Shown here: positions 24,327 through 35,469 of the stretch, one piece after another | How positions within the stretch are numbered: position 1 is the first letter of the stretch | Layout of the letters: each line of letters starts with the position of its first letter | NCBI GenBank assembly: GCA_026025075.1 | Contig: JAPEUI010000013.1 | Span: forward strand, 62,001 to 126,000 | DNA: 64,000 bases | Direction: 5' to 3' | From: Vezdaea acicularis | Lineage: Eukaryota | Notes under the pieces: generated by a model | What the model saw: the letters and a program-made list of their open reading frames with translations, nothing else | Database searches by the model: none | What the model was told of the DNA's origin: nothing | Made by a program: the position numbers and the translations under genes

Positions 24327-25427
24327 TCGTCAAGCAGGGGTTTGCTTTTGGTGGTGTCATCCTTGTTCGGGATCTAGGAGGGCAGAAGGGCTACTATCTC
24401 GGGTTTCGAAAAACTGGAAAGGAGTTGGGCTCGTGTTGAAGAGGAATCATGGCGGATGCAAAGAATTAGCTGGCGTGGGATGTTGTCGTCAACACCTGCC
24501 TGTCAAGGGGGACGGTTTCCGACGCCCCACCATGTATGGAAGTGTTGTTGGTGCTGGGTCGGGTCTATGGATGGACTGCTCACAACATCCCCTCCCAGCA
24601 AGGTCCGCAGACATCGCCACGATCCCCACGGCTTTCATCTACCTTCCATCTTCAACTATAACAAAACGGCGTACGGATGTTTCTTTCTTCTCTTTCTAAT
24701 AGGACCACGAACGAGCCGTATAGGCTTTACGCGTGGACTGGCTGGCCTTCTTTTATGGCCCTTCCTTTTCCCCTTCACGTGGGATTAGCCATGCTGGCGT
24801 TTTTCTCTTTCCTTGACTCTCTGTTTTCCTTGTGGGCAGAGAGAACAGGAATGAAGGAGATGGGAGATAGGATGGCGCTATTTGATTTTTGGACTTGCTG
24901 CAATGGAGAGGTGGGCTGTGTGTCTCAGTGCTCATATGTAGGAGCTATAGGAGCTATAGTAGATATTTAATGAAGAATGGTGGTCTATCTCGTCGTCTTT
25001 ACTTCTTTCTTTCTCTCTTTCCTTGCTTCCTCAGACCGAGTGAGAGCCGAGTGAGAGCCCCAGCCTAAGCCCCAGCGGATAGACTGGGTGCCGTGGTAGG
25101 TAATACTTGACTCGAGTCAGCGAAAATCGAAAGGGAAGAGGAAGAGTGCCAGACCATCGCATCGCCGAAGGCTGCCAGTCATCGCTTACTATACCGCTCT
25201 CTACCTACATTAGGGCACACACCCACCCCGCCAACATAAAGCCGGGGGAATCCCGACTGTGCAATTCCTCAACAACACCCACGCTGCTTCTCTCCCATTC
25301 CAACTCTCCAACATCTTCCGTGCCCAAGAAGATGCATTCCACAGCGCCGACACCTCATACTATCGACGCCGCTTCCGAACTTTCGAAAAGAGCGTATCAA
25401 AGAAACAACTAGCTATGTCGAGGGGGA

Positions 25428-25619
25428 AACTTGGGTTCCCATTACTATCCGCAACTCGATGACCGCCATATGCCTTCCTCTGGTCGTGCTGTAGAGTGCC
25501 GTTTGTCCTCCTTCGTTCTTAGTCTCCATTTTGGCTCCGTTCGTGAGCTGTGGTTTGGCTGCGGCCGAGACCCTTTCCTACCCGCTCGGCGCAGGGTTTG
25601 TTTCTCCACTCTCATCCTT
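25428..25619 (-). pseudogene. Two degenerate ankyrin repeats downstream of the NLR stop codon
   Basis: In frame after TAG: KDESGETNPAPSG*ERVSAAAKPQLTNGAKMETKNEGGQTALYSTTRGRHMAVIELRIVMGTQV. The first unit has compensating frameshifts (TLRRAGRKG in the shifted frame). Confidence 0.75.
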
Positions 25620-28600
25620 CTACATGACCTTGGCCCCTTTCTCGAGCAGGAGCATTGCAACCGCCCCGTGCCCATTCTTCGAGGCCGCCTGTAGCGCATT
25701 GCTGTAGCGGCCTCCCGGAGCGTTAACATCGGCCCCTTTGTCGAGCAGCAGCCGTACCATCGCCTCGTGCCCTTTCGCTGAGGCCGCCTGCAGCGCGTTG
25801 CCGTAGTAGCCTCCCTGAGCGTTGACATCGGCCCCTTTGTCGAGCAGCAGCCGTACTATATCCTCGCGCCCCCAAATCGCGGCCGCTTGTAACGCGTTAC
25901 CGAGGAAACCTCCCTGAGCGTTCACATTGGCCCCTTTCTCGAGTAGCAGCCGTACTATCGCCTCGTGCCCTTTCGCTGAGGCCACCTGCAGCGCGTTGCC
26001 GTGGTAGCCTTCCTTAGCGTGGACATCGGCCCCTTTGTCGAGCAGCAGCCGTACTATATCCTCGCGCCCCCGAATCGCGGCCGCTTGTAACGCGTTACCG
26101 AGGAAACCTCCCTGAGCGTTCACATTGGCCCCTTTCTCGAGCAGCAGCCGCACCACCGCCACTTGCCTATTATGTGAGGCCGCCTGCAGCGCGTTGCCGT
26201 AGTAGCCTCCCGGAGCGTTAACATCGGCCCCTTTATCGAGCAGCAGCCGTACCATCGCCTCGTGCCCTTTCGCTGAGGCCACCTGCAGCGCGTTGCCGTA
26301 GTAGCCTCCCTGAGCGTTGACATCGGCCCCTTTGTCGAGCAGCAGCCGCACCACCGCCACTTGCCCATTATATGAGGCCGCCTGCAGCGCGTTGCCGTAG
26401 TAGCCTTCCTGAGCGTTGACATCGGCCCCTTTCTCGAGCAGCAGCCGCACCACCGCCACTTGCCCATTATGTGAGGCCGCCAGCAGCGCTGTGCCGTACT
26501 CGCCTCCCCGAGCGTTGACATCGGCCCCTATCTCAAGCAGTTGTTGCACTAGCGCCTGTTGCCCATGTCTCGAAGCTTTGTATAGCGCCGTCACTCCATT
26601 TCTATCCTTCACGTTTATTTCGGCCCCACCTTCTACCAACAATGTTGCAATATCATTGTGACCTTTTCGAATTGCTGCAAAAAGCGAATTGACGTACTCT
26701 CGGCTTTCCAAATTAGTATTGGCTCCTGCATCTACAAGTAATCGAACTATTCTTTCATGACCATTGACTGAAGCCGCTTGTAACGCACTGCCATATCGCT
26801 CTCCTGCGGCATCGATATCAACTACATCATCTAAAAGGACTTTGACAATATTAGAGTGATTTTGCTCCGAAAGAATGTATAGCAATGTTGCTCGATGAGA
26901 ATATCGACGATTCTCGTACTGCTGGAAGATATTGTTATAAGTGATCCACTTTTTAAGTTTAGAGCCGTTCGGCGGACAGAACTCTTTCAGGAAGGCTTTC
27001 TGCGAAATACCATACTCTTCAGCAGCATCAGCGTGACCAAAAATATTCTGAACTGCATATTCAAGAAACGGGAATTCCCTAGAGGCGATATACATCAGAT
27101 CTTTAGCTTCCTTTGACCTTGCTTTAGGTAGCTTTGTGTCTGCAGGCAGATGCTGAGATGTGTCCATCATAATGTATTGATAGCAGCATTGCGTTAGGCG
27201 ATGTTGACTTGATTCGAGCGTAGGTGACGAGAGTTCAGATTGAAGTCTTGCCAACCCGTTCTTTCGCAGAAAATAATCTCGCACTGACTCATGAATAAAT
27301 TGAACCGTAGGATCTTTTGATTTGGAGATTTCTGCATGTCCCTTCGAGCAACTGAGTATGAATTTCGCAACATTCTCATCGCTGGTTTGAATGTGGTCCC
27401 ACGATTGTAGCGCTGTTGGATCATTTCCAGATCGAACTGCAACATAGAGTTCTTTAGGCGTTAGTGATCTTCGCGCAAATAACAACCATTGCAGCAAGAG
27501 AATCGAATCATCCTTATTTTCAGCATCTCTTATCCAAATGTCTGTAAATAAGTCATCCAGCTTATCTGGTATTGCGAGAAGTTGTGTTTGCACTGCATGA
27601 ACTTGACCATGATCGAATGCTTTGTTTAGCATTTGCACAACCAATACGACCCATAAAAACACCCCAGATGCTTTGCGGAGGATTTCTGCTTTTATGTCAT
27701 CAATTTCTGGGCCTTGTCCTTCGGCCTCTAGTTTGCTGTTAACGTATTTAGCAATGTCACCATCATGTCCTCTTTGTCCCTCTATAACCAACTGGATGCC
27801 TTTCTTAATCCTTATGTGTGGATAATGGCGACTCGATAGACATATATTGAGATACACGCCACGGGATAAGGCATCATTGGCTAATTGTTCGAGAAATTCG
27901 ATCATATCTCGTACTTCATTCTCCTCACACTCGTCTAGCGCGTCAATAAAGATAAATTGACGTTCTCGTATGCGGTTAATAGCACCAGAAAGAAAAGTCT
28001 GAAGTTCTCCAATGCTCCATTCGATGATTTCACTGTGCCTCTCCTTCTCAAGGAATCGTGGAATAAGGTCGACTTGTAGCTGAGGAATTGCCATAAGCAG
28101 TTGACATACTAGCGAGCGGTACATACCCAAGGTCGACTTTTCCATTATACCACCTCGCGCGTTGAAAAAGTAGGAAATGATCTGAGTGCTCCCCGGATTT
28201 TCCTTGCATTGCAAAAAGACGTGCTTCATTATAGTGGATTTTCCAGCGCCTGGTTTTCCCTTAATCCAAAGAAAACCATGATGATCATGAATCTTGTCTA
28301 TGTCAAGCCAGTTCCTATATTCCGGCTGTTCAAACAGCCACGTACATGTTGCATGATGAGCTCTCCGAATGTTCATCAATCGGTCATCAATCTGTTTAAA
28401 TGCCAAAGACTCGAGGCAAGCTGATAGAGTCAAAGTCCATACAAGTTATGATTAGAGGAGTTGCCAGTCTTACCCTTTCCTTGTTCTGCCGTAAACACTA
28501 TGTTGAATGTTAATTATAATGATAGGACAGATGAAAGATCACGCACATATATCTAGACTGAAAATTTAGGTTATACATGAAGCTTCAGGTTTATGTGATA

Positions 28601-29741
28601 ATTACAAACATTACACTAACCTGGCTTGTTTATATCTTCAATGCCGAATCGCGCTAACCTATCAAATGCAGCAGCAACTTTTCTATATTCGACATCATCA
28701 AACCCTTTGAAACGACACATTTGTACATGGTCGCCAGCAATACGTTGCGTAATTTCAATGGTGGGATCATCAAGATTTGATGATTCGTCTTCCACCACCT
28801 ATTCGTTAACTAGATTAGAAGCATTCAACCTTTATCAAATTTAGTCTGACCTTTTTTCCGTTCAGAGTTTGCATTCCATACTGCTCCTGAAAAGAGTATA
28901 TTCTCCAGTCCTTTGTACGTGACATCTTGCTGAATTCTTCGCGAAGTTCTTTCAATCGTTCGGAACTTGGTAAGAGGCTATTGACAAGCCGATCGTTGAT
29001 GGTATAGCCAGCTAGTCTAATGACCGTCTCTGATATACTTCGCAATAAGCTCTGTGGATCTGCTCCTCTATGAGGAGTTCCAAAAAACATCAGTGCGACT
29101 GTAGCATCATAGATGCTGTAGAATTCCTTTTGATACACCCGATGACCCTCGGATCTTCGTAAAGTTTCCTTGGCAATGATACCCCCAAGACTGTGGGCAA
29201 CGAATATAAGGGGTCTAGTTGGCTGGGACCGACGCAATGCTTCTAAATCAGTCAACAGGTCCTGTCCAAGGTCAAGAATTGTGCTTTGATTGACAGGAAC
29301 TTGAAGACGATGGCGAATATTACTATCATAACCGTATGCAAGAAGACGTGCGTTCGGCAAAGTCTGAGTCAGAAGATCTAGCGGCCAAAATACATCGTTG
29401 CTAGTAGTTGTGCTATCTGAGGAGCCTGGACGAAGGAGACGCTGGATCTTAGAAGGACGTTCGCTGCTGTCATCTGTATGAAGCGTCTTTCGAGCGTCAG
29501 ATGGCGTTTTCGGGCCAGTAAAAGTCCATGTGCGTCTCGCATGACCAGTCAAACCATGTACAAATATTACACTGTTCCAAAGTCAGCTCTGGTTTGGATG
29601 GTTTTTCATAGATTTATACTCCAAGCAAGCAGATGACGGATCTGCGAGGACTGAGAAACCTTTGTCCTCGATGCGTATGCTGTCAATAGAATCGGCAGCC
29701 TCAAAAGCTTGTCCAACAGCAAGCCTACTGCTAGCCTCCAT
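25620..29741 (-). CDS. Fungal NLR-like protein: SesB/DUF676-type alpha/beta hydrolase + NACHT + ankyrin repeats
   Basis: Exons 29741-29620, 29571-28851, 28798-28621, 28497-28474, 28420-25620, all joining in frame. DVIFVHGLTGH..TWT, FVAHSLGG (nucleophile), FFGTPHRG, DHVQMCRF; Walker A GKPGAGKST, Walker B IFIDALDEC, GVFLWVVLV, FIHESVRDYF; ~13 ankyrin repeats. Confidence 0.93.
25638..26528 (-). repeat. Nine highly conserved 99-bp ankyrin-coding tandem repeats
   Basis: 33-aa unit GADVNAxxGxxGNALQxASxxGxxxxVRLLLxK repeated 9 times with near-identical DNA (e.g. CTGCAGCGCGTTGCCGTAGTAGCCTCCC recurring at multiples of 99 bp). Confidence 0.95.
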
Positions 29742-30129
29742 CTAAGCTGAAGCGAGGGCTTAAATGAAGATGTAGATGAATGCAACGAATGCTTGAAATG
29801 ATGATATAGAGCAGTACAGCTGTAAGGAGCAAGATGGCAACTTCATACCAGGAACAAGAAGCTGACGATATTTTATGAGAACATCTGAGAAAGTGATGGA
29901 TACGGAGAATTAAGACAAGGCTCTAGGTGATGAGCAGACAAGACTCAGCCCCCGCCTGTCCCGTGATTGTAATCATTTGCGAGGTATACCCACCTCTTTC
30001 TTAGTAATGAATAATGCGAGCGATGAGGGCTAAGGCCTATGACACATTTATGCAAAGGTCTGATCGATAGAATAAATCATAGACATTTTGGCTCACACTA
30101 GCTGTGACGAATCTGCTCAATCTATCAAG

Positions 30130-30394
30130 TTGGTAGACAAAATTGATGGCGCATAAGCGATTGTTCCCCCACAACTAAATGCTACGGGCTCGAAGGCACA
30201 AAACACCCCCCACCAGGCCGCAGATATAGCCCAAAGCATCATACTCCAATAAAGGTACAGGCACAGTACTACTAAGCTCATAATAAGAACAATAATCATA
30301 GATTGCCCACGATCTTGGTATTGCTGAGAGTAAAGTATGCTGATGGGTAAACATGCCCGTAATTCGCCTATGGGCCATCACTTTTGTCAACCGC
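30130..30394 (+). mobile_element. MITE-like TIR element, family A, copy 3 (uninterrupted)
   Basis: GGTAGACAAAATTGATGGCGCATAAGCG ... CGCCTATGGGCCATCACTTTTGTCAACCG; interior colinear with copy 1. Confidence 0.85.
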
Positions 30395-30643
30395 CACGCC
30401 GCTTTCGATACATCCTTAGGAGTGATTGATTGAGTCCCACAAACCCGCACTACGGTCACTTAGTCTAGAGACTACCGGGAGCCAAGATCAGAACATAGGA
30501 GAACGCCCATCCCACCAATACAAGCCCATAAATATCATTACCCAAACTCCTCTGGAATTCCAAAATACTTGACATCCTACTATTCGATCCTACGCCGCAA
30601 ATTCAAGTCTCCATCCTGCCCAAATTGTGCCCCTTTAACCAGT

Positions 30644-33600
30644 TTACCAGTTGCCAAATTTCTCCAGCGCGTCTGTCATCTCCTTCGCTTTCTTCATATA
30701 TATCTCTCTTGCACCTATGAGATACTGACGGAACATATTGGCATCAGCAGGCATGATGTCCTCGCCACGGGCCTGCTTCTCGCGGATTTCAATCATCTGC
30801 TGATGGTTAAAGCACAGAGTTGGGTCGAAGATGGGATAAGAAGCCGCAGCCAAGTCGCCGATTCTCTTTGCGGCCTCTTCGGAGTGGACAAAGGCGGTAC
30901 TAACAGGACATGTAATCAGTTTTCGCACTGACGTTAGGCCTCGGGCGAGAGGTGCGTGTTCTTCGTCGTGAATGTAGTCACTAAGAATGTTAACTTCATC
31001 CCATGTCATCTTTGCTTTGCCCTCATTATTGACAGCAAAAGTAGCAACTTACTCGTCATTCTCGGTGCCGTACTCGAGCAGGGCACCACTCTGCTCATGA
31101 GTTTGAGCTCTCCCATCCACGCTAAGCGTTGGCTCACTATCTGATCTTCTGCAACTCTTTGCCAACGCAGAGCCATGCTCCGAGAGCACAGCGAAGTCTG
31201 CGTCCTCTTCCTCATCATTGATGTAGTCGCTGAGAACTTCAGCTTCTTCTTGCGTCATCTTTGCTTTGAAGTTATGGATCTCCGCGACGAAAATCTCCTC
31301 TTCGTCGTCTCTGCCGGTGTTTTCGAGTAGGGTCTTATTTTGCGCCAGGTTCTCTGCCCCTGTCCCGAGGGTGACGGTCGGTTCGCTATCTTCAGATTCG
31401 CTCTTATGTGAGTCAGTGTCCGCGGAAGTTGCTTGGTACACTGAAGTATCAGAGTTTCTTCCCTCAAAGCTTTCACTCTCGCTACTATCAATACGGATAA
31501 TATAGTCCGTTTCGTCATCACGGTCCTCACTTGCTTGGCCTGGAGACTTTTGGAGGGTTTCCAGCTTGAGTGGCGCACAAATCTGTATAGTTTCACTAAC
31601 CTCATCATCACCAACTGAAGTATCGAGAATTTGGGTATTGTCATTTTCTTCGCAGACAATGACGCTCTCAGATTCTGGGAGTCTGGCTGAAGGAGGCACC
31701 ATACTTGTTGCTGCTTCGCTCGTCTCCTTATTGCATTCAGTATAGACGGGAGGGAGATCGGCGGAACAATCATCGTGGGCTTGGCTGGTCGTTTCTGTCA
31801 GCTCGTAAGAATCGAGTGCTGTGTTATCTGCTTCCTTGGATGCTGCATCGCTTGCAATATTGTTATTTTCGTCATCGGAGAGGACAAGATCCGGCACTAT
31901 CTCGCCCTTGATAGCATCAGCGGCACCTTCTGGAGTGGATTCCTGACCGACTTCGACATTTGGAAGAACCTCGTCGACGTTATCCTTATCCTCAGCTTCT
32001 TCATGATTTCCAAGTTTGGAGAGCTCAATTGGCGACACTACGAGCGAATCGCTCGCTGCTTCTGCAGTGATTCTCTTATCTCTGTCCGGGATGTTGAGGA
32101 TGTGCTTCTGAACCCAAGTTTCTTCCTCCACATGTTCCTCAAGGTCTGGGATGTCTACCAAGTATTCATCGCCATTAGAAATGGATAGGAGGTGTGTAAA
32201 GGCGTAATTGTCCCCTGTTTCGATTTCAGTTTCTGAAATATTAGGCTGCTCGGATGACGGCCCATTGGGAATGGATAGAAGGTGTGTATAGACATAACCA
32301 TCCTCCGTCTCGGTTTCAACCTCTGGAGTTTCAGGCTGCTCGGATGATGGTCCATTGGGGATGGATAGGAGGTGCGTGTAGACATAATTGTCCTCCGTCT
32401 CAATTTCAGCTTCTGGAATATTAAGCTGCTGGCAGGATGGCCCGTTGGGAATGGATAGAAGGTGTTCATAGACACAATTGCCCTCTGGCTTGATTTCAGC
32501 TTCTGGAACTTCAGGCTGCTCGGATGATGGTCCGTCTTCGATAGTTTGCATGGCATTTTCGTCACCATTCGAGGCTTCAAGGCGATCATTAACGCGACTG
32601 TCCTCGGCTATCTCTGAAACACTTGGTGACTCAGTTGCCGTATCTAGATTTGTTAGCTGAAAGGGGCCGGTCTTGAGTTCTTCAGCATTTTCAAGCACTT
32701 TAGCCTTCTTATCTTGAGCGCCATTGACTGAGCTGAAAGAAGGTTGATACCCCCTTCGAGAGTCCTTCGCAGCCTTCTGCACTTTCAAGGCCTGCTTGGC
32801 CTTTTTATGCTGCCTCTTATGCGCAGACTTAGATGTGGGACTACCAGACGACTTTATAGGAGAAGTAGGAGCGGTCGATTCTGTCGTATCCAGGAGAGTT
32901 ACTGGGGTAGTGATAATCGTCGCCACCTCATCGATTGGCTCTTCATGATAAGCAGACTCCTCAACTTCTGTCATCTGGGCAGATGCGGAGTCTGTAGCAT
33001 TATGAGCATTTCCGTTACCGGACGACTCATTAAGGATGGTGAGTGACCTTTCGCGTGCTATGTCGCTGATTGGTGACGCGGCGAGATCACCATCCTCATA
33101 TACAATGATTTCTTGATTATCTGCTGGCTGAGCCATAGTGGTGATTTCCTCAACCGCATCGTTTACCTCTGGCGCAATGGTGGGGTCGACAAGATCTCTG
33201 ACAAGGGCGTCAATCTCCTGAGCTTCAATATCACTAAGCTCGTGAAGCTTAGCTGGGCCCATGGCCGCGATACTGGTCTCTTCGTTAGAAGTGAAGGTTG
33301 TGTTATCCAGGATGCGCAAGGTTTCAGCGGTTGCCCTCTCAGCTTCGAACATACGACTGAGTGCTTCCGACATTGGAGTTGGTTCTTCCACAGCATCTGG
33401 GACTATCCCGTTCTCGTCGCCAATGATTGATTCAGGAGTGTAGGAAGGTGCTAAGTCGTTATCGCTTTCTTCGGGAAAAGATTGTTCTGGGTCGCAGGGA
33501 ACATCTTGAACGGTCATTTTTCTCTCGTCGATATCCTGCTCAGACCTCTCAGAGGGCGTAGGGTTACAGATACGATTCTCTGAGATATCCTGGCCTGGAG

Positions 33601-33781
33601 TAGCGACAATACTGGAGGTTCTGCGAGGGGCCTTGGGCTTTGGTTGAGCATTCCTGAGCTTGTTGCGCTGCTTCGTCATGATTCGTCGTTTCATCGGCCC
33701 ATCAGAGTGTGGTATCGGTTTGTTATCCCCTTTAGGGAGCTTTGTCTTGTACTCCATGGGCTTACACATGCTTGGGGGCAT
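30644..33781 (-). CDS. Orphan acidic low-complexity protein with internal repeats (in-frame TAA at 31049-31051, removable by a 72-nt intron)
   Basis: The 910-aa ORF 33781-31049 and the 121-aa ORF 31009-30644 are in the same frame, separated by one stop. Candidate intron 31052-30981 (GTAAGT...GTTAAC...TAG). No recognisable domain. Confidence 0.65.
32170..32535 (-). repeat. ~4 x 90-bp tandem repeat (30 aa, PEAEIETEDNYVYTHLLSIPNGPSSEQPxx)
   Basis: GGATGA(T/C)GG(T/C)CC and ATGGATAG(A/G)AGGTG recur with 90-bp periodicity; a diverged fifth unit (TWVQKHILNIPD) follows. Confidence 0.9.
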
Positions 33782-35469
33782 CTTAGAGGTTTAGTTATGA
33801 AGGTCTGTATGCTTGGAGCTTGAGAAACCGAGTAGTCGACTCGAGGGTTGTATCAAAGTATTGTACTGATCAGAAGGGTTTTGCGACTTGGCTAGATAAC
33901 AATGCTGAATAGAGGGTAAGCGATTAGAAGGTCAAGCTTGCGGAGAGTGGTTGTAATTGAAGATGAGAAAGAAGAAAATAAAGTCAGCTCACCAAATAGT
34001 CTGCCGCAGAGATGTCGTAGTGTTATTTGTGTTGCCGTAAAGCGTCGTTGATAGGGTGTGTATTGCGTGTTGAAAAGGTACCAAGGTGGGTTCGAATGGT
34101 GTATGGGTCTTGTGGAAAGAAGATGTGAGTAAGAAGGTAAAGCCAGACGTTTATAAGGTCGACTTCGAAGGGACCTGAGTGTTGTGTTGTATCAATGCGT
34201 GTTGATACCATGTATGGAACAATGTTGGAATGAAGAACTTTGATGTAAGGATAATGATTCTGGTTGACTGTGGACCCTTTGGAGTATGTGAGTGTTGTAT
34301 TGGAAAACACTGGACATGGCGCAAAGTAACATTGTTCATACTGACATCCCAACACCGGAGCATACCAGAGCGCAAGATTCGGGATACATCTATCATTGTG
34401 AGAGAAACATGGCTTAGCGGGTGTGTTGAGTGTGGCGTAGTGAAGAACAATGTTGACAGCCAGGTGTTGGAGACTATTGTCGACAGGTTTCGAAACTCCA
34501 GGCTAGACAGTCCATTTCCTCCGGAATCAAGAGGGGGGTTTCCTAATAGCCTGAATCTTGTTAGCAGGTGAAGCGCTCAAATTTCTTCGCAGTCTTGATA
34601 TTTCGATTATTTTTACATGGTCACATAACGCTTTCAGGGTGATCCAAAAAGGATCCCCCTTACAGCTTGAATTTGAGACTGTTGCCTGCTGCCCAAGACA
34701 ATAACACCCCTTTCACTCAATCCTAAAGATAACAGGACTTATAAAGAGCGATTCAATAACCCGGGATATCAGAAGATATCACTTTGGAATGACGAGCGCA
34801 GGACATGGGAAAGCAAAATAGAAGTGGCCTCGTGCTGAATTATAGCAGCAGCTAAAACTGAATGAACTTGTTAGCTTCTGCAGATATCTTCGAAAGTAAG
34901 GGACGACTGTAGCTCGGATATGAGCAGTAAAAGTAGAATAATGAATTTAAGTTCCAAGGGTAGGTTGGATGAGACATTGAAACGACTTTGCTCAAGAAAA
35001 AAACATGGCAGGGCCAAAATTGCTGCATTTGTAAATTAGCCAACGAGAAGCTCATATTCACATCTCCCATATATCCAGACGACCTCGAAAACGAGGGGTT
35101 TCTTTCGATGCTTGGCTTATATTTGATCTCTCTCGCATGTGCAATACTCGCACCCGATCCTCGTCAATTATACTCGATCCACCCACCCAAGATTCTCTCA
35201 ACCATAAACGAAAGTGCTCAGTGATAATATCGGTCGTGTCCGCACTCCGCCAGTTCCCGTTCGCTCGAAACGAATGCATTCATTTTTTCCGTCCCCCAAG
35301 GTTCAAGTCATGTCTGTTTGGCAAAGAAGGTAGTACAGAAGAACAGAAGGACAGAATATGAAGGAAAATCGTAGTCATCGTCGAAGCCGTGCTTCATCAA
35401 CCGAATGATCGTCCTGCCATCCTTTGTTCCCCAACAATAGCACCAACGTCCTTCTAGAAACCTCTACGT

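Noticed and set aside
25638..26528. Regular repeats resembling a CRISPR array
   Set aside because: Contiguous 99-bp in-frame ankyrin units, no spacers, eukaryotic context.
105..30394. RIP signature in the repeats
   Set aside because: Differences among MITE copies look mixed rather than directional C>T, and the ankyrin array remains GC-rich; no support by eye.
31049..31051. A-to-I editing or readthrough of the in-frame stop
   Set aside because: TAA would need two edits and lacks a known readthrough context; splicing or simple nonsense is more parsimonious.
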